From: Candidatus Moraniibacteriota bacterium
Lineage (GTDB): Bacteria > Patescibacteriota > Minisyncoccia > Moranbacterales > UBA9337
NCBI GenBank assembly: GCA_028695135.1
Contig: JAQVJM010000003.1
Span: 2,571 to 66,570 of the forward strand
DNA length: 64,000 nt
Direction of reading: 5' to 3'
Shown: piece after piece, positions 60,528 through 64,000 of the stretch
Position numbering within the stretch: the stretch's first letter is position 1
How the letters are laid out: every line of letters starts with the position of its first letter
Notes under the pieces: generated by a model
Seen by the model: the letters and a program-made list of their open reading frames with translations, nothing else
Told to the model about the DNA's origin: nothing
Database searches by the model: none
Made by a program: the position numbers and the translations under genes

Positions 60528-60983
60528 ATGTCAAATAAGAAAATTACCCGCCGGCTGGCGGAAAAAACAAAAGAATTATGGAATGAACACGAAAAGGGGG
60601 TAGTGATTTTTCTCGGATTTTTTTTGGTTGCCGCAATATCTTTTCAACTCGGGATTCTTCAGGGAGAACAGTGGCAACAAGAGCCTTTGGTTATAGAAAA
60701 AGTTCCGGAGGCAACGGCAGTTTCATACGCCGGAGTCTTGGGAGGGAGTGCTAAAAATAATGCTAAGGATAATCCGACTGCGGAGAATTCCTCGGAAGTT
60801 TTATCCGAGTCCGAAGAGGGATCTGTCGAGTGCGTATTTGTGGGGAGCAAGAATTCCGATAAGTATCACAATAAGGCCTGCCGATGGGCTACTCAGATAA
60901 AGGAAGAAAATAGGGTTTGTTTTAAGAGCGAAGAGGACGCCAAAAGCAAGGGGTATCTTCCGGCCGGCTGTTGCATGAAGTGA
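60528..60983 (+). CDS. Membrane-anchored protein with C-terminal Ada-like metal-binding (H-x3-C ... F-x-S-x-E-x-A...G-Y-x-P-x-x-C-C) domain
   Basis: Start moved to ATG 60528 (MSNKKITRR + TM) to avoid overlap with divergent rpmA start; C-terminus YHNKACRWATQIKEENRVCFKSEEDAKSKGYLPAGCC aligns by eye with the Ada N-terminal zinc domain. Confidence 0.45.
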   Translation: MSNKKITRRLAEKTKELWNEHEKGVVIFLGFFLVAAISFQLGILQGEQWQQEPLVIEKVPEATAVSYAGVLGGSAKNNAKDNPTAENSSEVLSESEEGSVECVFVGSKNSDKYHNKACRWATQIKEENRVCFKSEEDAKSKGYLPAGCCMK

Positions 60984-61047
60984 TTTTGTTGGCAAAGGTA
61001 TCTATAAAATGTTATATTTAAAAAGTAATCCGTAAAAAAATAATAAA

Positions 61048-61632
61048 ATGCCTTTTGAAAAGATGATGTCGATGATTTCGATGAACAAAGAAAAAAGCGA
61101 AAAAAGGCCCGAAGACGAATTGGAAAAAATAGATCTGGCAACTTTTAAGCTGAAGGAAAAATACAAGGAATATGGAGATTTCGATAAGTTTATCGATTAT
61201 ATCTCTGGTATGCAAAGGATTTATGTTATGTCGGAGATGGAGAAGTGGGGAGCGGATAAAATGAGGCAGTCTTTCATTGAAGCCGAATCATATCTGATGT
61301 CTCTGGACTCAGGAATAGATGAAGATGTTTTTAAAAAAATAAAAGACGATTTTCTTTCCGCTTATAAAATTTTAGACGGAATAAAATCCGTTGCCTCCGA
61401 ACTGATAAAAGAGCATTCGGATTGTCCCGGATGCGTCGATTTCATAGAATATATGAGAGATTCCTTGATTCTTCTTTCCGACACATCAGGTGGCGTAGTT
61501 ATCGATAAAAATAAAGATCGGATTTTGCGCTCTCGAATGCTACTGATTTCCAATTATAGCGAGGAAGCTGATTTGTCAAAATTGGAGGAGGTTTACAATA
61601 AATTTAAGAGCCTGATAAAAGATAATATCTAA
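61048..61632 (+). CDS. Hypothetical protein (194 aa), contains CPGC
   Basis: No recognised motif; compact operon-like spacing with next gene. Confidence 0.4.
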   Translation: MPFEKMMSMISMNKEKSEKRPEDELEKIDLATFKLKEKYKEYGDFDKFIDYISGMQRIYVMSEMEKWGADKMRQSFIEAESYLMSLDSGIDEDVFKKIKDDFLSAYKILDGIKSVASELIKEHSDCPGCVDFIEYMRDSLILLSDTSGGVVIDKNKDRILRSRMLLISNYSEEADLSKLEEVYNKFKSLIKDNI

Positions 61633-61650
61633 TATCTTTATAAGCCGATT

Positions 61651-62325
61651 TTGGAAATGAGCAGCATAATAGTGGATATAGAAACAGCCGGAATAGATTT
61701 TGAAAGCCTGGATGAAAGATCCCGTGAGTATCTTCTTAAGTATGCCTTGACAGATGCGGAAAAAAGAGAAGCCAAAGAAAGGCTGGGACTTTCTCCGCTT
61801 ACCGGGGAGATTGTCGCCATCGGAATTTTAAATCCCAAAACCAAGAAAGGAGCAGTTTATTATCAAGGAGTAAAAGCGGATAAGGAGAGATTTGAGGAAG
61901 AGGAAATTCATTTTGAATCCGGAAGCGAAGAAGAAATGTTGGAAATTTTTTGGAAAAACATATCAAAATACAAGCAGGTGGTCACTTTCAACGGCCGGAG
62001 TTTCGACGCTCCTTATATCCATTTGCGAAGCGCCATAAATAAAGTCAAACCGAGCAGGAATTTGATGCCTTATCGTTATGATTACAGAACGCACTGCGAT
62101 CTGCTGGAGCAGCTGACTTTTTACGGAGCGACCAGGAGATTTACGCTTGATTTTTATCTGAAAAGATTCGGAATAAAAAGCTCCAAAGAAAACGGAGTGG
62201 AAGGATCTCAAATAACACAGATGTTTCGCGAAGGAAAAACAAAGGAGATCGCCCGTTACTGCGCCAAAGACGTGAAAGCTACTGCGGAACTTTTCAAATA
62301 CTGGGAAGATTATCTTAAATTTTAA
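61651..62325 (+). CDS. DEDDy-type 3'-5' exonuclease, PolB-exonuclease-domain-like (RNase H-like fold)
   Basis: Exo I DIETAG, Exo II VTFNGRSFDAPYI, Exo III YCAKDVKAT. Confidence 0.6.
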   Translation: MEMSSIIVDIETAGIDFESLDERSREYLLKYALTDAEKREAKERLGLSPLTGEIVAIGILNPKTKKGAVYYQGVKADKERFEEEEIHFESGSEEEMLEIFWKNISKYKQVVTFNGRSFDAPYIHLRSAINKVKPSRNLMPYRYDYRTHCDLLEQLTFYGATRRFTLDFYLKRFGIKSSKENGVEGSQITQMFREGKTKEIARYCAKDVKATAELFKYWEDYLKF

Positions 62326-62380
62326 TTTTTTAATCATGAAAACCTAAAGCGGAGCAAGGCTCGTTGCAGGATAAACAAAA

Positions 62381-63958
62381 ATGGAAAATAAAAATAATTC
62401 GGAAGGGCAAAATTTAAATCCCAATCCAGTTCTTAACCCTGAGAAAAATTCGAATCCTGCGCAATTTGATTCTACCCGGGATTCAAATAAAAGCGTAGAA
62501 CATCCAGAAGATCAAAACCAAAGTGTTCCCGTTCAAGGATCAAGCGCTATTGAATTTTTTGAGGAGGATAGCGCGGCAAGCCAAAATGAAAATCAGAAAT
62601 TGGGACAAAAAAATGGCAGTCGCAATAGTGAAGATCCAGCAGAAGGTATTTCAAAACAAATCACAGCTGAAAATAATTCTGCGATGCATTTTTTCATGTA
62701 TATGGTTTCATTTTTTTCCTTGCTTTTGTTTTCCACGGGTATAGGAACGATAGTTTTTCAAATCATAAATAAAAATATTTCTGATAATTTAATATACGAT
62801 TTTTCCGGATATTTCGCCAAAACGGCAGTCAAATACGGGATAGCGACAATCCTCATAGCCATGCCTATTTATTTTGTCCTGATGTATTTTATAAATAAAA
62901 AATTATATCAAGGAGAAATAGATGTCAATTCCAAAGTTAGAAAATGGCTGACATATATAATTTTATTCATAGCTTCAGCGATAATAATTGGAGATCTTAT
63001 AACATTGGTCTTTTATATGCTGGATGGCGACATGACAGCGAGATTCATCCTAAAAATTATAACCGTCATAATAATTGCCGGATTTATTTTTGGATATTAT
63101 TTATGGGATATGAAAAAGAACAATACGGCAGGAGTCAGATATATGGCCAATAAAATTTTTGCTATTTTCTCCATAATCATAAGCATTATCGTTCTATTTT
63201 CTTCATTCTTTGTTATCGACAGCCCTAAAGCAGCTAGAGATAAAAAAATGGATAATCAGACCTTGTCTGCATTAAGCTCATTGAACGCAAATGTTTTGAT
63301 TTATCATAACAAGAATCATAAATTACCCAATAACCTTGAAGAACTAGGATTAAGCAGTTATGAAAAGAGGAATCTTGATAATTTAGAAATACCGATAACA
63401 TACAAAAGATTAAGTGAAAACGATTATGAGCTTTGTACAAGCTTTAAAAGAGAGACTGAAAAAGAAAGCAATGAAAGGTATGGGTATTTATACAATGATG
63501 AGTGGATGCATCCGGCAGGAAATCATTGCTTTTCTAAAAAAATAGAAAATAAGCCTCAACAAAATAAAAACCAAGTTCCGGTAAATGCTAATAGTAGTGA
63601 CCAGGCTTATTTTGAGGGAATAGAGGCAGCCAGGGAAAAGGCGCAACTGGCGTCCGTAAAGTCTTATATATCCAGCACTTTTGCGGCGGCAGTCATCTGT
63701 AAAGATGGAGATGGAAAAATAATAAGCGGTTCGGGAGGAAGCCAAATGTGTGATAATGATTCAAATTATAAATGGCCGAATATCTCCATATGCGGAAATA
63801 ATCCCGAAAGCACGAAATGGATCGTTGGAATTACAGGAGAAGGCGAAAATGTGGAATGGAACATAACTTTGGATTGTGAACAGTTTTTGAGTTGTAACGG
63901 ATCCGCAAATGCAGTCTGTACAGAAGAAGGTTGTAACTTTTCCGGCACTTGCCAGTAG
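62381..63958 (+). CDS. Multi-TM membrane protein with pilin/pseudopilin-like extracytoplasmic segment and Cys-rich C-terminus
   Basis: Low-complexity N-terminus, 5 TM helices, then PKAARDKKMDNQTLSALSSLNANVLIYHNKNHKLPNNLEEL resembling type IV pilin-like alpha1-C/ab-loop, C-terminal 10 Cys. Confidence 0.45.
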   Translation: MENKNNSEGQNLNPNPVLNPEKNSNPAQFDSTRDSNKSVEHPEDQNQSVPVQGSSAIEFFEEDSAASQNENQKLGQKNGSRNSEDPAEGISKQITAENNSAMHFFMYMVSFFSLLLFSTGIGTIVFQIINKNISDNLIYDFSGYFAKTAVKYGIATILIAMPIYFVLMYFINKKLYQGEIDVNSKVRKWLTYIILFIASAIIIGDLITLVFYMLDGDMTARFILKIITVIIIAGFIFGYYLWDMKKNNTAGVRYMANKIFAIFSIIISIIVLFSSFFVIDSPKAARDKKMDNQTLSALSSLNANVLIYHNKNHKLPNNLEELGLSSYEKRNLDNLEIPITYKRLSENDYELCTSFKRETEKESNERYGYLYNDEWMHPAGNHCFSKKIENKPQQNKNQVPVNANSSDQAYFEGIEAAREKAQLASVKSYISSTFAAAVICKDGDGKIISGSGGSQMCDNDSNYKWPNISICGNNPESTKWIVGITGEGENVEWNITLDCEQFLSCNGSANAVCTEEGCNFSGTCQ

Positions 63959-64000
63959 CAAACATATGGGGAAAAATAAATTTTACCTGATTCTTCATAG

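Overview
This is an AT-rich (~35% GC), gene-dense, almost entirely plus-strand window typical of a reduced Patescibacteria/CPR-like genome. Gene calls rest on motifs I recognise by eye, not on searches. Housekeeping content in order: uppP C-terminus, rseP, proS, tpiA, fba, a glycosyltransferase/DUF4012 envelope cluster, ftsB-like, PrsA-like PPIase, ferredoxin, an HtrA-like protein, ftsK, RodZ-like, recA, riboflavin kinase/ribE/ribH, folD, tRNA-Leu(CAA) on the minus strand, parA/parB, and rel/topA/dprA on the minus strand. Further on come argS, a glycosyltransferase, a thioredoxin-like protein, rpoB, rpoC, rpsF-ssb-rpsR, efp, NUDIX, rnhA, a MacAB-type efflux set (adaptor, ATPase, two FtsX permeases), a DsbA-like protein, rplI, pyrG, rpmA on the minus strand, and membrane/pilin-like proteins at the end. 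The region I find most interesting is about 50.8-57.6 kb. It holds a clear ATP-grasp ligase, a second possible ATP-grasp-like protein, an N-formylglutamate-amidohydrolase-family protein, an ABCB-type exporter, several small ORFs, its own terminators and operator-like palindromes. One small ORF encodes a 25-aa Gly/Asp/Glu-rich peptide behind a strong Shine-Dalgarno. I interpret this as a candidate, undescribed ATP-grasp peptide-ligation/modification cassette, possibly graspetide-like or a peptide-tagging system. Other sequence-level observations: a ~150-nt multi-hairpin element present in two intergenic copies; short tandem repeats flanking efp; a heptamer tandem array after ftsK; an HtrA-like protein that seems to lack the catalytic Ser; a palindrome overlapping the recA -10; and an AbrB-like micro-ORF with an upstream palindrome. 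I saw no CRISPR array, rRNA or obvious transposase.
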